Shown piece by piece: positions 50,848 to 60,417 of a stretch of 64,000 nt of DNA (position 1 is its first letter; every line of letters starts with the position of its first letter). A model generated the notes under the pieces. It was not told the origin of the DNA. It saw nothing but the letters and a program-made list of their open reading frames with translations, and did not search any database. The stretch comes from Fidelibacterota bacterium (GTDB taxonomy: Bacteria; Fidelibacterota; UBA2242), in contig JBNGDF010000001.1 of NCBI GenBank assembly GCA_049975265.1, positions 32,001 to 96,000 on the forward strand, written 5' to 3'. The position numbers were made by a program, and so were the translations under genes.

Positions 50848-53370
50848 ATGAACAAGCAAAAACAGGTCAACATAGAATTTCAGCGCAATAAAATTATCGC
50901 TGTGAATATTGACGAGGAGATGCGGGACGCCTATCTTGATTATTCGATGTCGGTGATTGTCGCCCGCGCCCTGCCCGATGTGCGCGACGGGCTCAAACCG
51001 GTTCACCGGCGGATCTTGTATGGAATGTCCGGACTGGGACTGACGTATAACCGTCCGACGAAGAAGTGTGCCAGGATCGTCGGAGAGGTGATGGGTAAAT
51101 ATCATCCCCATGGTGATGCAGCGGTTTATGATTCCCTGGTGCGCATGGCACAGGATTTTTCGATGCGTTATCCGCTTGTTAACGGACAGGGCAATTTTGG
51201 CTCCATCGATGGTGACAATGCTGCCGCTATGCGTTATACCGAAGCACGAATGAATCGGATCTCCGGCGAGTTGCTCAAGGACCTCGATAAAGAGACCGTC
51301 GAATTTGTACCGAATTTTGATGATTCTCTGACGGAGCCATTGGTTCTGCCGACAACGGTTCCCCTCTTGTTGGTCAACGGTTCAAGCGGGATTGCCGTGG
51401 GAATGGCGACGAATATCCCACCGCATAATCTCACCGAAATCGCCAGTGCCATTATCTATCTCGTGGACAATCCAGACGCAACCACAGACGATCTGATGAA
51501 GTTTGTTGTCGGTCCGGATTTTCCAACCGGGGCATTTATTCTGGGGCGCCAGGGAATCAGAAGTGCTTATGAGACGGGTAAGGGCATTATAAAAATCCGC
51601 GCTCAGGCGTTTGTGGAGACCAGCAAGGTCGGCAAAAACAGCATTATTATCACAGAAATCCCCTATCAGGTTAATAAAGCCAACCTGATCGGAAAAATCG
51701 CCGGACTGGTACGGGAAAAGGTGGTCGAGGGCATATCCGATATCCGGGACGAATCCGATAAAGACGGAATCCGTATTGTCATTGAAATCAAGCGCGATGC
51801 TATCCCGGAAGTCGTGTTAAACCAGCTCTACAGCCACACGCAGCTGCAGGATAGTTTTGGAATCAACATGCTGGCGCTAGTGGATGGTGTTCCCAAACAG
51901 TTGTCACTGAAGGAGATTCTTGCGCACTTTATTGATTTTCGTCATGAAATCATCATTAAGCGAACCCGCTTTGATCTGAATGCCGCCGAAGAAAAGGCGC
52001 ATATTCTCGAAGGTTTGAAAATCGCACTGGATAATATTGATGAGGTTATTGTGATAATCAAAGCCTCTTCGTCTCCGGAAGAAGCCCGCAATAATCTCAT
52101 GGAACGGTTTCAGTTTTCTGAACGTCAGGCGCAGGCGATACTGGATATGCGCCTGCAGAAACTGACGAGCCTGGAGGTGGAAAAGGTCGTCATTGAATAT
52201 AAAGAGACCCTGAAACTGATTGCCCGCCTGAAGGAGATACTGGAGAGCAGAGGGCTACGGATGGAAATATTAAAAGAGGAAATTTCAGAGGTCCGTGAGA
52301 GATACGGAGATGAACGGCGGACCCAGATTATTGATGATGACGGAGAATTTTCCGTTGAGGATATGATTGCCGAAGAGGACATGGTCATTACCATTACCCA
52401 TCAGGGTTTTATCAAGCGGTTTCCGGTGGACATATCTCGTCGTCAGCATCGTGGCGGACGCGGTTCGACCGGCGCCCAGACCAAAGATGAGGATTTCGTC
52501 CGGAATCTGTTTATTGCCAGTACCCACGACTACATGCTCTTCTTTACCAACAGGGGAAAGGTTTACTGGCTGAAGGTTCATGAGATTCCCCGTGGCAGCA
52601 AGGCATCCCGCGGACGCGCCATTGTCAATCTTCTTGAGACGGAGCCCGAAGAAAAGGTCCGGGCGGTGCTGAATGTCAAAGAGTTTGACAATCACCATTT
52701 TGTGGTAATGGTGACAAATAATGGCACAATCAAAAAAACGCCGCTGTCCGCATTCGGAAATCCGCGACGCACAGGTATCCGGGCGATCAGTGTTGCTGAA
52801 GATGATGATCTGATCGATGTTCAGATGACCGATGGCAGCCAGGATATAATTCTGGGGACATCCCATGGCAAATCGATCCGCTTTAAGGAGTCCGATGTCC
52901 GACCCATGGGGCGGACGGCTGCCGGAGTCCGCGGTATCAATTTGCGGGGCAAAGACAACCGGGTTGTGGGAATGGTCATCGTCAAACGGGAGGGCGGTAC
53001 GCTGCTGGCGGTTTCGGAAAACGGCTACGGCAAGCGTACCGATATTCTCGATTATCCGATTATAAAGCGGGGCGGTGTGGGGGTGATAACACTGAAAACA
53101 ACCGCCCGTAACGGGTTGATGGTAGCGCTGCTTGAGGTGGTTGACACGGACGATCTGATGATCATTACCGAAAAGGGGGTTTTGATTCGTCTGCCGGTGA
53201 ATACCATCCGCACGATCAGCCGAAACACCCAGGGAGTCCGTCTGATCCGGCTGGACGAAGGCGATTGCATTTCGGCGGTTACCCGCATTCTTGAGTCCAA
53301 CGATAATGGAAGCGAGGAAGAAGACCAGACAACGATCCTTCCGGATGAGAATTCTATAGACGGAGAGTAA
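50848..53370 (+). CDS. gyrA: DNA gyrase subunit A
   Basis: [21 protein letters not shown], GyrA-box QHRGGRG, pinwheel repeats. Confidence 0.97.
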   Translation: MNKQKQVNIEFQRNKIIAVNIDEEMRDAYLDYSMSVIVARALPDVRDGLKPVHRRILYGMSGLGLTYNRPTKKCARIVGEVMGKYHPHGDAAVYDSLVRMAQDFSMRYPLVNGQGNFGSIDGDNAAAMRYTEARMNRISGELLKDLDKETVEFVPNFDDSLTEPLVLPTTVPLLLVNGSSGIAVGMATNIPPHNLTEIASAIIYLVDNPDATTDDLMKFVVGPDFPTGAFILGRQGIRSAYETGKGIIKIRAQAFVETSKVGKNSIIITEIPYQVNKANLIGKIAGLVREKVVEGISDIRDESDKDGIRIVIEIKRDAIPEVVLNQLYSHTQLQDSFGINMLALVDGVPKQLSLKEILAHFIDFRHEIIIKRTRFDLNAAEEKAHILEGLKIALDNIDEVIVIIKASSSPEEARNNLMERFQFSERQAQAILDMRLQKLTSLEVEKVVIEYKETLKLIARLKEILESRGLRMEILKEEISEVRERYGDERRTQIIDDDGEFSVEDMIAEEDMVITITHQGFIKRFPVDISRRQHRGGRGSTGAQTKDEDFVRNLFIASTHDYMLFFTNRGKVYWLKVHEIPRGSKASRGRAIVNLLETEPEEKVRAVLNVKEFDNHHFVVMVTNNGTIKKTPLSAFGNPRRTGIRAISVAEDDDLIDVQMTDGSQDIILGTSHGKSIRFKESDVRPMGRTAAGVRGINLRGKDNRVVGMVIVKREGGTLLAVSENGYGKRTDILDYPIIKRGGVGVITLKTTARNGLMVALLEVVDTDDLMIITEKGVLIRLPVNTIRTISRNTQGVRLIRLDEGDCISAVTRILESNDNGSEEEDQTTILPDENSIDGE

Positions 53371-53374
53371 TGAG

Positions 53375-53791
53375 ATGCTCCAGAAAAGTGATATTATCGA
53401 CAGAAAATTCAATCGCGCCTGGCGGGGCTTTGACCCGGTGGAAGTACGCTATTTTCTTGAGATGCTGGCGGAGGAATTTGAGAAATTGGAGCAGCGGATT
53501 ACTGAGCTTGAGCCGATTGAGAAGCAGTTGAGCGAGATGAATATCAAGTCTCCCGATGACATTATCAGAGAGGCGGAAGAAAAGGCGCAAAAGATAATTG
53601 AAGATGCCGAAAACCTTGCCAGGGAGGTTCTGGACCGGGCGAAAACTCAAAAGGAGAAAGAGAAAGAGGCGATCGCTCTTCTCACAAACCGCAGGGATCG
53701 GCTGATCAATATGATAAAAAAGGTCGTGGATCAGCAGAAAGATATAGCCAATTTTCTTGGTAGTGACCAAGTCGAATCCGAAGAGTCATAA
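53375..53791 (+). CDS. DivIVA domain protein
   Basis: DIIDRKFNRAWRGFDPVEVRYFL followed by coiled coil. Confidence 0.85.
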   Translation: MLQKSDIIDRKFNRAWRGFDPVEVRYFLEMLAEEFEKLEQRITELEPIEKQLSEMNIKSPDDIIREAEEKAQKIIEDAENLAREVLDRAKTQKEKEKEAIALLTNRRDRLINMIKKVVDQQKDIANFLGSDQVESEES

Positions 53792-53809
53792 AGAGCGGGT
53801 CCGCTGAAT

Positions 53810-54466
53810 TTGAAGACAAAGGCTTTTGATTTTAAAGAACTGACAATATCGGCGGAAGCGGTCATAATCTCGACGATACATATTGATGATTTGGGCTGGA
53901 TAGTATATTCCGGGCGGGATGTAGAAATTTACAAACAATCTATAGGGCAAAGTTGCTACTGCTATTTACGGGACAATACGCCGAGTGTATATCGGGAGGT
54001 TGTGAACCGTTGGGCGGATCAGGGTATAAAGAGAGTTGTTTTTATCAGCGAAACGGATCAGGTAGATGGCGAAGTTTGTTCGGCGGTTGTTGTGACGGAT
54101 CATATCAATGTATCCGGAATCAATCCGCTGATCGGTCCGAATGATGAGATCCGCGGTACTCGTTTTCCTGATATGACGGATTTGTATAGCGGGGCGCTGT
54201 CGGCTCAAGTGAAGCGGTGTTGCACTGTCGCCGGTCTTTCGGTCTGTGAGCGCCTCCTTCTGGTGCCAAAGGGTATGGCGAGGCGTACCGATCTGGAGAA
54301 GCGCATTCTGGCGCTGCGGAAAGATGTCATTATTTCGCAGGATATATTTTCCGGCGTTATCACCGCCCGACACCGCTCTCTTTCTTCGGCGGGTATGTTT
54401 TTATATAACGGTCTTGCTACTCAGCGGAAGACTGTATTGATAAAAGCCTTGTTAGAGCAGATTTAA
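53810..54466 (+). CDS. Degenerate purine nucleoside phosphorylase-like protein
   Basis: Keeps TDHIN..GINPLIGPN...GTRFPDMTDLYS; lacks GSG, H.YEG, GP.YET and GMST motifs. Confidence 0.65.
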   Translation: MKTKAFDFKELTISAEAVIISTIHIDDLGWIVYSGRDVEIYKQSIGQSCYCYLRDNTPSVYREVVNRWADQGIKRVVFISETDQVDGEVCSAVVVTDHINVSGINPLIGPNDEIRGTRFPDMTDLYSGALSAQVKRCCTVAGLSVCERLLLVPKGMARRTDLEKRILALRKDVIISQDIFSGVITARHRSLSSAGMFLYNGLATQRKTVLIKALLEQI

Positions 54467-54470
54467 ATAG

Positions 54471-55214
54471 TCAATTGCGGGGCTGACGGCAGAGGGAATA
54501 GTAGGTATCCTTTTCGGCATCATACCAGCGGGATACGATTGTTGAATTACGGATTGTTTCATCATACGATTGCCGCAGGATGTGCGATTCGATCACAAAA
54601 CGGCTATCACGCCGTGCCGTGTGAGTCGATTGCGTCTGAACCGTTAAATTTTTCCCCAGGTCAAAGCGGGCATATTCATCAGCGTCTTTCCAGGCGCGCA
54701 CCCAGGATGAATAGTTCGATACCATTCCGATACCATAGTTGTATTTTTTTGACCGAGGCAGATGGTTAGTCCATTTTGGACGATCACTCCACTCTTTATC
54801 ATTGCCGGAGACATGCCGGTCGGCGCTTCCGGCTGGATATGCAATCAGGATGAAGTAGCCCTCGTCGCTGAAGGAGGAGTCGAGAACGGTAAAGTTGTCA
54901 TAGATTTGAGCGATTCGGCTCGCATCATAGCAGAGTTCGAATGAGGGATTGAGCAGGCGGTATCTACCGTCGGAAAACTCCTCCAGCTCAAAGACAAGGC
55001 GGGTTTCCAGCTGCTTTGCCAGATTTGAAACAGCCGTAGAGATGGCTGCCTCCTGGGCGAGAGAACGATCGATATATTTACCGGAATAACCGACGGCAAA
55101 GTAGGTTCCTGGAGGTGATTCCGGTAGCTGTTCAAACCATGCGGGGATAACTTTTTGAGCGGGAGCAAACCACACGGCAAAAGAGATAACCAGCAGAGTC
55201 AGGAGTTGTCTCAT
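54471..55214 (-). CDS. Secreted protein with two LPP20-like domains
   Basis: Signal peptide; PAWFEQLP..YFAVG..A...A...LAKQL and PKWTNHLP..YGIG..ARFDL. Confidence 0.65.
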   Translation of the reverse strand: MRQLLTLLVISFAVWFAPAQKVIPAWFEQLPESPPGTYFAVGYSGKYIDRSLAQEAAISTAVSNLAKQLETRLVFELEEFSDGRYRLLNPSFELCYDASRIAQIYDNFTVLDSSFSDEGYFILIAYPAGSADRHVSGNDKEWSDRPKWTNHLPRSKKYNYGIGMVSNYSSWVRAWKDADEYARFDLGKNLTVQTQSTHTARRDSRFVIESHILRQSYDETIRNSTIVSRWYDAEKDTYYSLCRQPRN

Positions 55215-55222
55215 AATAAGAG

Positions 55223-55252
55223 CAGCCCGCCACCAGGGGCGATAGCGGGCTG
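55223..55252 (-). terminator. Intergenic stem-loop (terminator or mRNA stabiliser)
   Basis: CAGCCCGC-N14-GCGGGCTG, followed on the minus strand by CTCTTATT. Confidence 0.4.
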
Positions 55253-55261
55253 TCTGTTGAG

Positions 55262-55813
55262 TTAATCGCCGACGGCTTCCAGTTTTTGGATCTCTTTTTC
55301 CAGCTCGTCAAAACTGAGATTGGCTTTAGCCTCGTTATAAAGCGCTTTCTGCTTTTTGGCTTCGTTGATGGTTTCCTGAATCAGGCTGTTCAGATTATAC
55401 TCTGCCAGAGAGTAGGCGTGATACATTGAGCCTTCGGTTTTCATCTCCCGTTTGACGATACGGGCTCCGTTGAGAACATTATTGGAAATCTGTTTACTGA
55501 CGGAGGATGTGAATTCCAGAGCTTCGGCATCCTCGCCTAAACCGCTCTCCTGCATGAAGTTCTTCAGCATATTGGATACCTTTACTTCGATCGTGCGGGA
55601 GATAGCATCACGGGCGCGGGCGTCGGCAGCCTCTTTGGCGAGTGACATGCTCTGCTTGGCGGCGTCGCCGGCTTCATAGATGGCGTCCTCAGCCTGAGGA
55701 GGATTCAGATACCATTCCGGAATGTCATTCATCTTAGCCTTTGGTTTTCCGCCGCAATCAAGCAGCAGGAATACCAGTGGAATCAAGAGTGCGATGATGA
55801 TCAGTTTTTTCAT
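55262..55813 (-). CDS. LPP20 family lipoprotein
   Basis: MKKLII..LLLDC signal; IPEWYLNPP, A...ADARARDAIS..IEVKV, VLNGARIV; AAGGAG RBS. Confidence 0.78.
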   Translation of the reverse strand: MKKLIIIALLIPLVFLLLDCGGKPKAKMNDIPEWYLNPPQAEDAIYEAGDAAKQSMSLAKEAADARARDAISRTIEVKVSNMLKNFMQESGLGEDAEALEFTSSVSKQISNNVLNGARIVKREMKTEGSMYHAYSLAEYNLNSLIQETINEAKKQKALYNEAKANLSFDELEKEIQKLEAVGD

Positions 55814-55849
55814 TTTTGGGCTCCTTTCATGTGTTATCATGTTTGTTAT

Positions 55850-57190
55850 TTATGGTTGGATTGCCGCTTGTAGGAAGGCGGCAAATCGGGATGTTGAAAA
55901 ACGTATGTTTTCAGTAGCTTTTTGGACCGCCTGATCCCGCGCGCCGACGGCTAGTCCTTTACCATGTCCGCTAACCGCAGCCAACTGCACACCGTTGTCT
56001 TTATTGATAAGCTCCAAGGGTAGTTCCACTTCAATAAAATACTGTTTTCCTGCAGGAGAAGGTATCTGTTTCTCACCGGTGATTGCCAGCTGACCGCGAA
56101 TGATAATGGCTGCAGATGGGTCAATCGTTGCGCCGTTTTCACTGATTAACGGCTTGACGATACTGTCAATTGCCGGGTCTGGCTTTCCCTGTAGGTTTTT
56201 TATATCGAGAGCGACGGACAGATCTCCTGTTATTACACGATATTCAGCGGAGACGTTTAATTTCGGTGTTTTGTCACGATAGCGTTCCGGAAGATTGCTG
56301 AATACAGGTGTGAAAATGACGGATCCGCCGGGAGCTGCCAGCACTGTTACGGAGACTGTGCCGTCATGGTCGGTGATAAATTGTCCGATCTTCTCACCGT
56401 TGGAGTATTTTACCGTAACGGGAATATTTTGAATGTCGACCACTCTGCCGGAAGGATCGCTGGCAGACAGCCTGACCCGGATAGGCTCATTCAGGGGAGT
56501 GCCGGTTTTCCCGTGTTGATTGTTGCCGCTGACGACGGTGATCTGCAGGGAGGATAGCAGTTCATCGGCTTCTGAGATGATGGCAGCCGGAGAGACAACC
56601 CGTGCGTCCTGATAACGTTTACCAGTCAATGCCGTGTAGAGACTGCTTTTGACATAATATTGAGGAATTTCATTTTCGGCGGAAAGATATTTATCGAGAG
56701 CGGCGGTTAATTCACCTTTTGCCGCCAGATCCCGGGCGTTTTGCAGATACTGGTGTACCGCTGTGGAAATGTCTGTCATGCTCTTTTCTAAACCGGCTAG
56801 ATAGTTAGCTTTATTCATTACCGCCAGGGCGTAGTATTGACCCCTTTTCTTCTGCACCTCTTTAATTTCGATGCCGGCGATGGTTTCGGAAACGGCTGTT
56901 TTTGTGCGGGATGTAATTTCGGATGTGACCATATGCCGATCATCTTCGCCGAATTCCTGCTCTACGGTTTCCAGCTCCGATTCGATTTTGACCTGAATCT
57001 GTTTGGCAACGTCAGCGCGGGCAAGTTCAACCGCCCGGGTTTTATCGTCGGAAATCCCGACACCGAGGAGATATTTGGATGATGGGTATTTTTTATGGGT
57101 GTTCGTTTTAGCCCAGTCCGGCATCTGGGAAAAGCCCAGCGCGGGAATCAGACATATCATAAATAGTAGTTTAAGGGGATAATGATTCAC
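55850..57190 (-). CDS. LPP20-domain secreted protein with helical and Ig-like domains
   Basis: MPDWA..YLLGVG..ARADVAKQIQVKI; SGNNQHGKTGTPLNEPIRV Ig-like motif. Confidence 0.68.
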   Translation of the reverse strand: MNHYPLKLLFMICLIPALGFSQMPDWAKTNTHKKYPSSKYLLGVGISDDKTRAVELARADVAKQIQVKIESELETVEQEFGEDDRHMVTSEITSRTKTAVSETIAGIEIKEVQKKRGQYYALAVMNKANYLAGLEKSMTDISTAVHQYLQNARDLAAKGELTAALDKYLSAENEIPQYYVKSSLYTALTGKRYQDARVVSPAAIISEADELLSSLQITVVSGNNQHGKTGTPLNEPIRVRLSASDPSGRVVDIQNIPVTVKYSNGEKIGQFITDHDGTVSVTVLAAPGGSVIFTPVFSNLPERYRDKTPKLNVSAEYRVITGDLSVALDIKNLQGKPDPAIDSIVKPLISENGATIDPSAAIIIRGQLAITGEKQIPSPAGKQYFIEVELPLELINKDNGVQLAAVSGHGKGLAVGARDQAVQKATENIRFSTSRFAAFLQAAIQP

Positions 57191-57199
57191 GGCTTGCTC

Positions 57200-58468
57200 C
57201 TATTCTTCTGCGACGGATAACAGAATTAATTTTCTGGAAACCGAGACCCGTTTGAGTGAGCCGGGTCCCCGGTAGCTCTGTTTGACGGCGTGGTAGACAT
57301 CGGTTGCAGCGGAGTATTGTCCGGGGTCGACCCAGAGAGAGATGTCGTAGGTATACTCAGCCACGACATTTTCCTTTACCTGGGAGGCGAAGGTTTTACA
57401 GGCATCACCCACTGCAAAGATGATCTCCTCCGCCCGATCCGGCTCGAAAGACTGGTTAACAGTGACAATGCATTTGTATTGAATGCCTCTCTGAATATCG
57501 GATTTCCAGTAACTGGTGATTCGGCTGATGACCTTATCAACAGCGTCGTTCATCGCCTCTTCGATCAGGGCGGCATTGGTTGCTGTGGGGCGCTCCTGAC
57601 TGTAGCCGGTATCGGTTCCCAGCAGGCGCCCTGTGGTGGTTTCGTAGGCGCGGCAGCCGACGACGGCTTTGTGAACCCTGGTAGAGCCGATATTGCGGCT
57701 GCTGATGGCGATATTGTAGGAGATATAGACGTCGCTGCCGACGGAGAGCGCCAGCAGGTAGCTGTAATCTTCGGTGCTTCCATTCAGGTCATACTGGGTG
57801 GCGGTCAGTTCCCGCAAGACCTGCTGCTGTTCAGGAACAGTGACAGAAAACTGTTTTGAAGAAAGGTGGGATTCGATCACCTCTGCCCCCTTTTTGATGT
57901 CCGGGTCCTGAGCCAGCAGGTCCAGAGGCGCAACATCGTTTTTCGATTCAGGAATGACCATGATCGTCGGTTGACCTACGGCGGCGGATATGGCGGTTCT
58001 TTTTTGCAGGATCGCATTGTCCACCAGGAACTCTTCGAGCAACTTCCTGTTTATTTTGAATGTTTTCTCGATTTTCAGTGTCTTTCCGCCATCGGTTTTT
58101 AACCGTTTATCGTAGTAGTCGGCTTCCCAGGTGATGAAGCGCCGCAGGTTCTCCATGGCATAGAATGATGATTCGATTTTCTGAAAAGCGGTTTTTTCAA
58201 TGTCGGTCTGCAGGAGCGGGTCACTGCCGCCCATCAGTACAAACCAGACCGCAGTTCTGGCGGCGTCGGTGTCGGCGCTTTTATCGAGAGTTTTCGCTTT
58301 CGGCTTGCGGTGCTTTGTGTCGATTCCAAGCCCGGTCGCCCGGATCAGCACCTCCGTGGGTGACGAGACCTCGAGTAAGGTCGCTTCCCGTGAGCGTGGC
58401 AGATCGGCGCCCAGCATGGAGAACGTCAATGTAAAGAGAAAAAAACCTGTTATGCAGTACGGTTTCAT
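57200..58468 (-). CDS. Secreted protein, DUF6175-like (CsgG/FlgT-middle-like fold suspected)
   Basis: Signal peptide; PTIMVIP, SDVYI, RAYETTTGRLLG motifs recognised from memory. Confidence 0.55.
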   Translation of the reverse strand: MKPYCITGFFLFTLTFSMLGADLPRSREATLLEVSSPTEVLIRATGLGIDTKHRKPKAKTLDKSADTDAARTAVWFVLMGGSDPLLQTDIEKTAFQKIESSFYAMENLRRFITWEADYYDKRLKTDGGKTLKIEKTFKINRKLLEEFLVDNAILQKRTAISAAVGQPTIMVIPESKNDVAPLDLLAQDPDIKKGAEVIESHLSSKQFSVTVPEQQQVLRELTATQYDLNGSTEDYSYLLALSVGSDVYISYNIAISSRNIGSTRVHKAVVGCRAYETTTGRLLGTDTGYSQERPTATNAALIEEAMNDAVDKVISRITSYWKSDIQRGIQYKCIVTVNQSFEPDRAEEIIFAVGDACKTFASQVKENVVAEYTYDISLWVDPGQYSAATDVYHAVKQSYRGPGSLKRVSVSRKLILLSVAEE

Positions 58469-60258
58469 CGGTTGATTTCCATGTTTTTCATCTGGTTTTG
58501 AAAAATGGCAGCGGGATTAAAGGGCAACGTCGGCGGAGAAAAGTGGACATAGAGACCGAAGGTGGAACTGTAGCTGAAGAATTTCGGAGCGGCGGCGCCG
58601 GACATGTTTTGAATATCTACCTCTTTATCACCATACTTGACGGTCCACCAATCGATTGGTGGAAAGGCTTGTACGCCGGCGAAAATACCCACGTTGCAAT
58701 CGATATTGACGGCATACTCCAGCCCGACATTCAGACGCACACCAACGGTGTAGTTGGAGATAGTCACATTTTTCCTGTCTTCATCAGTGTAAAAATCCTG
58801 TCCGCGTATTTTGCCGGTGGAGATGACCTGGGTTCCAAGACTGGCTTCTCCGTGCAGAGCAAAGGGACCGAGATAAGCGCGTTTCAGATAACCGGCATAG
58901 CCATAAAACAGTCCGGCGACCCAATTTTCGACCGGGAAAAGGTCAAGCCAGGAATAATCCGCGTCCCAAAATTTATAATCAAAGATAACACTCCTTACCG
59001 GCAGAGCACTCACTGTACCACCGAATACGAGGAAGGTCTGGCGCCTGTTCACCAGGCTGGCGATATTCCACTGAAAGTTCATGTCAAGCCCGATGGTATT
59101 ACCGCTATAATCGTCAAAGTAGACAACAAACCCTTCTTTGAAATTCGTCATGAATCCTTCTTCAACGGTTGCCCGGAACCAGCGCGGGCGCCAGGCGATA
59201 TCAATTCCCAGTCTTGGGTGTTCTACGATCATCATTCCCCGTGACCAATCACCCTTTTTGATGGCGACCGCCTCTGAAAGTTGTCCGCCGGGTGAGCGAT
59301 TGTCGACAACTGTGCTCACGCGCACAAAACCGGATTTTCGGAACGATATATTGTCGGCATCGCCTTCGTACCATTCGCCGACAAAAAAGGGGTCATCGAG
59401 GTGAATGCCTTCGGCGGCTCCTAGGGGGAAACGAATTTTGCGACGCTGAATTTCCGCAATCGGCGCGGACAATTTGAACATATCCAATTCTCGCGTTAAG
59501 ATCTCCAGATTCATCGCCAGCGTGTTGGCAGCGCTCCAGAAAGCGTATTCTTTGGGTGCTAACTTACTTCCCAGAGCGGTGTAGGAATCGTCGGTATCGA
59601 TGGTAGCGGTGGCTTCGGAGCTGAGCCGGGTGATTTTTTCGATCCGTGGATTGTCGCCGGCGATGACGTGATACCAAAGCAGACCCCCCGCCAGGGAAAC
59701 CTCAATCTCCTCTTTATCATCGATTTTTCTGCTGTTGTATTTGCTGATAAAGGGGATGTACAGGTAGGCGGAGTTCATGATCTGCTCCAGCTGCTGGGCG
59801 GTGATGCCACTCTCTTTGGCTTTGAGAGCGATGAAGGAGTTGCGCTGTGCGTCGGTGAGTAACTTTTGAGCGCGGATTTCTTTATAAAGATCCAGAATGT
59901 TGATTATTTCGGGCACAAGTGTTGCCGAGATGTGTGCTTCCAGCTCATCTTCCGTTATGTGCATATCCTGGTAGAGAGAGGTTTTGAAGGAGGTTTGGAT
60001 TTTTTCCGGAAGCGGATTGTAATCGAACCGGGCGATTTGAATGCCGGTATTGATGGCATTTGTGAAGAGCATTTCTTCCTTTTCGGACAGGTGGATATTG
60101 CCGATGGTGAGAATGGTTGTGGGATGGGAAATTGACTTGCGGGTATAGCCGGTTGCCGACTGCGCCGGAGCTGACGACCCGGCAACTGCCAGAAAGGTGC
60201 CGGAGACAGTGAAAAGCATGAGCATATTGTTGATAAAACGCTGTTTCGGACTGTTCAT
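58465..60258 (-). CDS. Secreted protein with FlgT_C-like domain and probable C-terminal beta-barrel
   Basis: Signal peptide; IRFPLGAAEGIHLDDPFFV; C-terminal alternating Gly/aromatic strands (VGVRLNVGLEY, STFGLYVHF). Confidence 0.55.
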   Translation of the reverse strand: MNSPKQRFINNMLMLFTVSGTFLAVAGSSAPAQSATGYTRKSISHPTTILTIGNIHLSEKEEMLFTNAINTGIQIARFDYNPLPEKIQTSFKTSLYQDMHITEDELEAHISATLVPEIINILDLYKEIRAQKLLTDAQRNSFIALKAKESGITAQQLEQIMNSAYLYIPFISKYNSRKIDDKEEIEVSLAGGLLWYHVIAGDNPRIEKITRLSSEATATIDTDDSYTALGSKLAPKEYAFWSAANTLAMNLEILTRELDMFKLSAPIAEIQRRKIRFPLGAAEGIHLDDPFFVGEWYEGDADNISFRKSGFVRVSTVVDNRSPGGQLSEAVAIKKGDWSRGMMIVEHPRLGIDIAWRPRWFRATVEEGFMTNFKEGFVVYFDDYSGNTIGLDMNFQWNIASLVNRRQTFLVFGGTVSALPVRSVIFDYKFWDADYSWLDLFPVENWVAGLFYGYAGYLKRAYLGPFALHGEASLGTQVISTGKIRGQDFYTDEDRKNVTISNYTVGVRLNVGLEYAVNIDCNVGIFAGVQAFPPIDWWTVKYGDKEVDIQNMSGAAAPKFFSYSSTFGLYVHFSPPTLPFNPAAIFQNQMKNMEINR

Positions 60259-60356
60259 CGATCTTTTGATCTTAGCTTGTTTATTTCTGTTAAATTTCGA
60301 TCTCACCAGCTTTGATGTCAACTCTTTTCTTTGTGATGTCGGGGGCAATATTAATA

Positions 60357-60385
60357 TTGACATTATGTGATTTGGCTCATAAAAT
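60357..60385 (+). promoter_or_regulatory. Sigma70-like promoter
   Basis: TTGACA, 17 nt, TAAAAT, 32 nt before ATG 60418. Confidence 0.7.
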
Positions 60386-60417
60386 TGCAGTGTAAATATT
60401 GCTGGTTTACCGATCAG

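Noticed and set aside
52285..53412. 375-aa minus-strand ORF
   Set aside because: Antisense shadow of gyrA.
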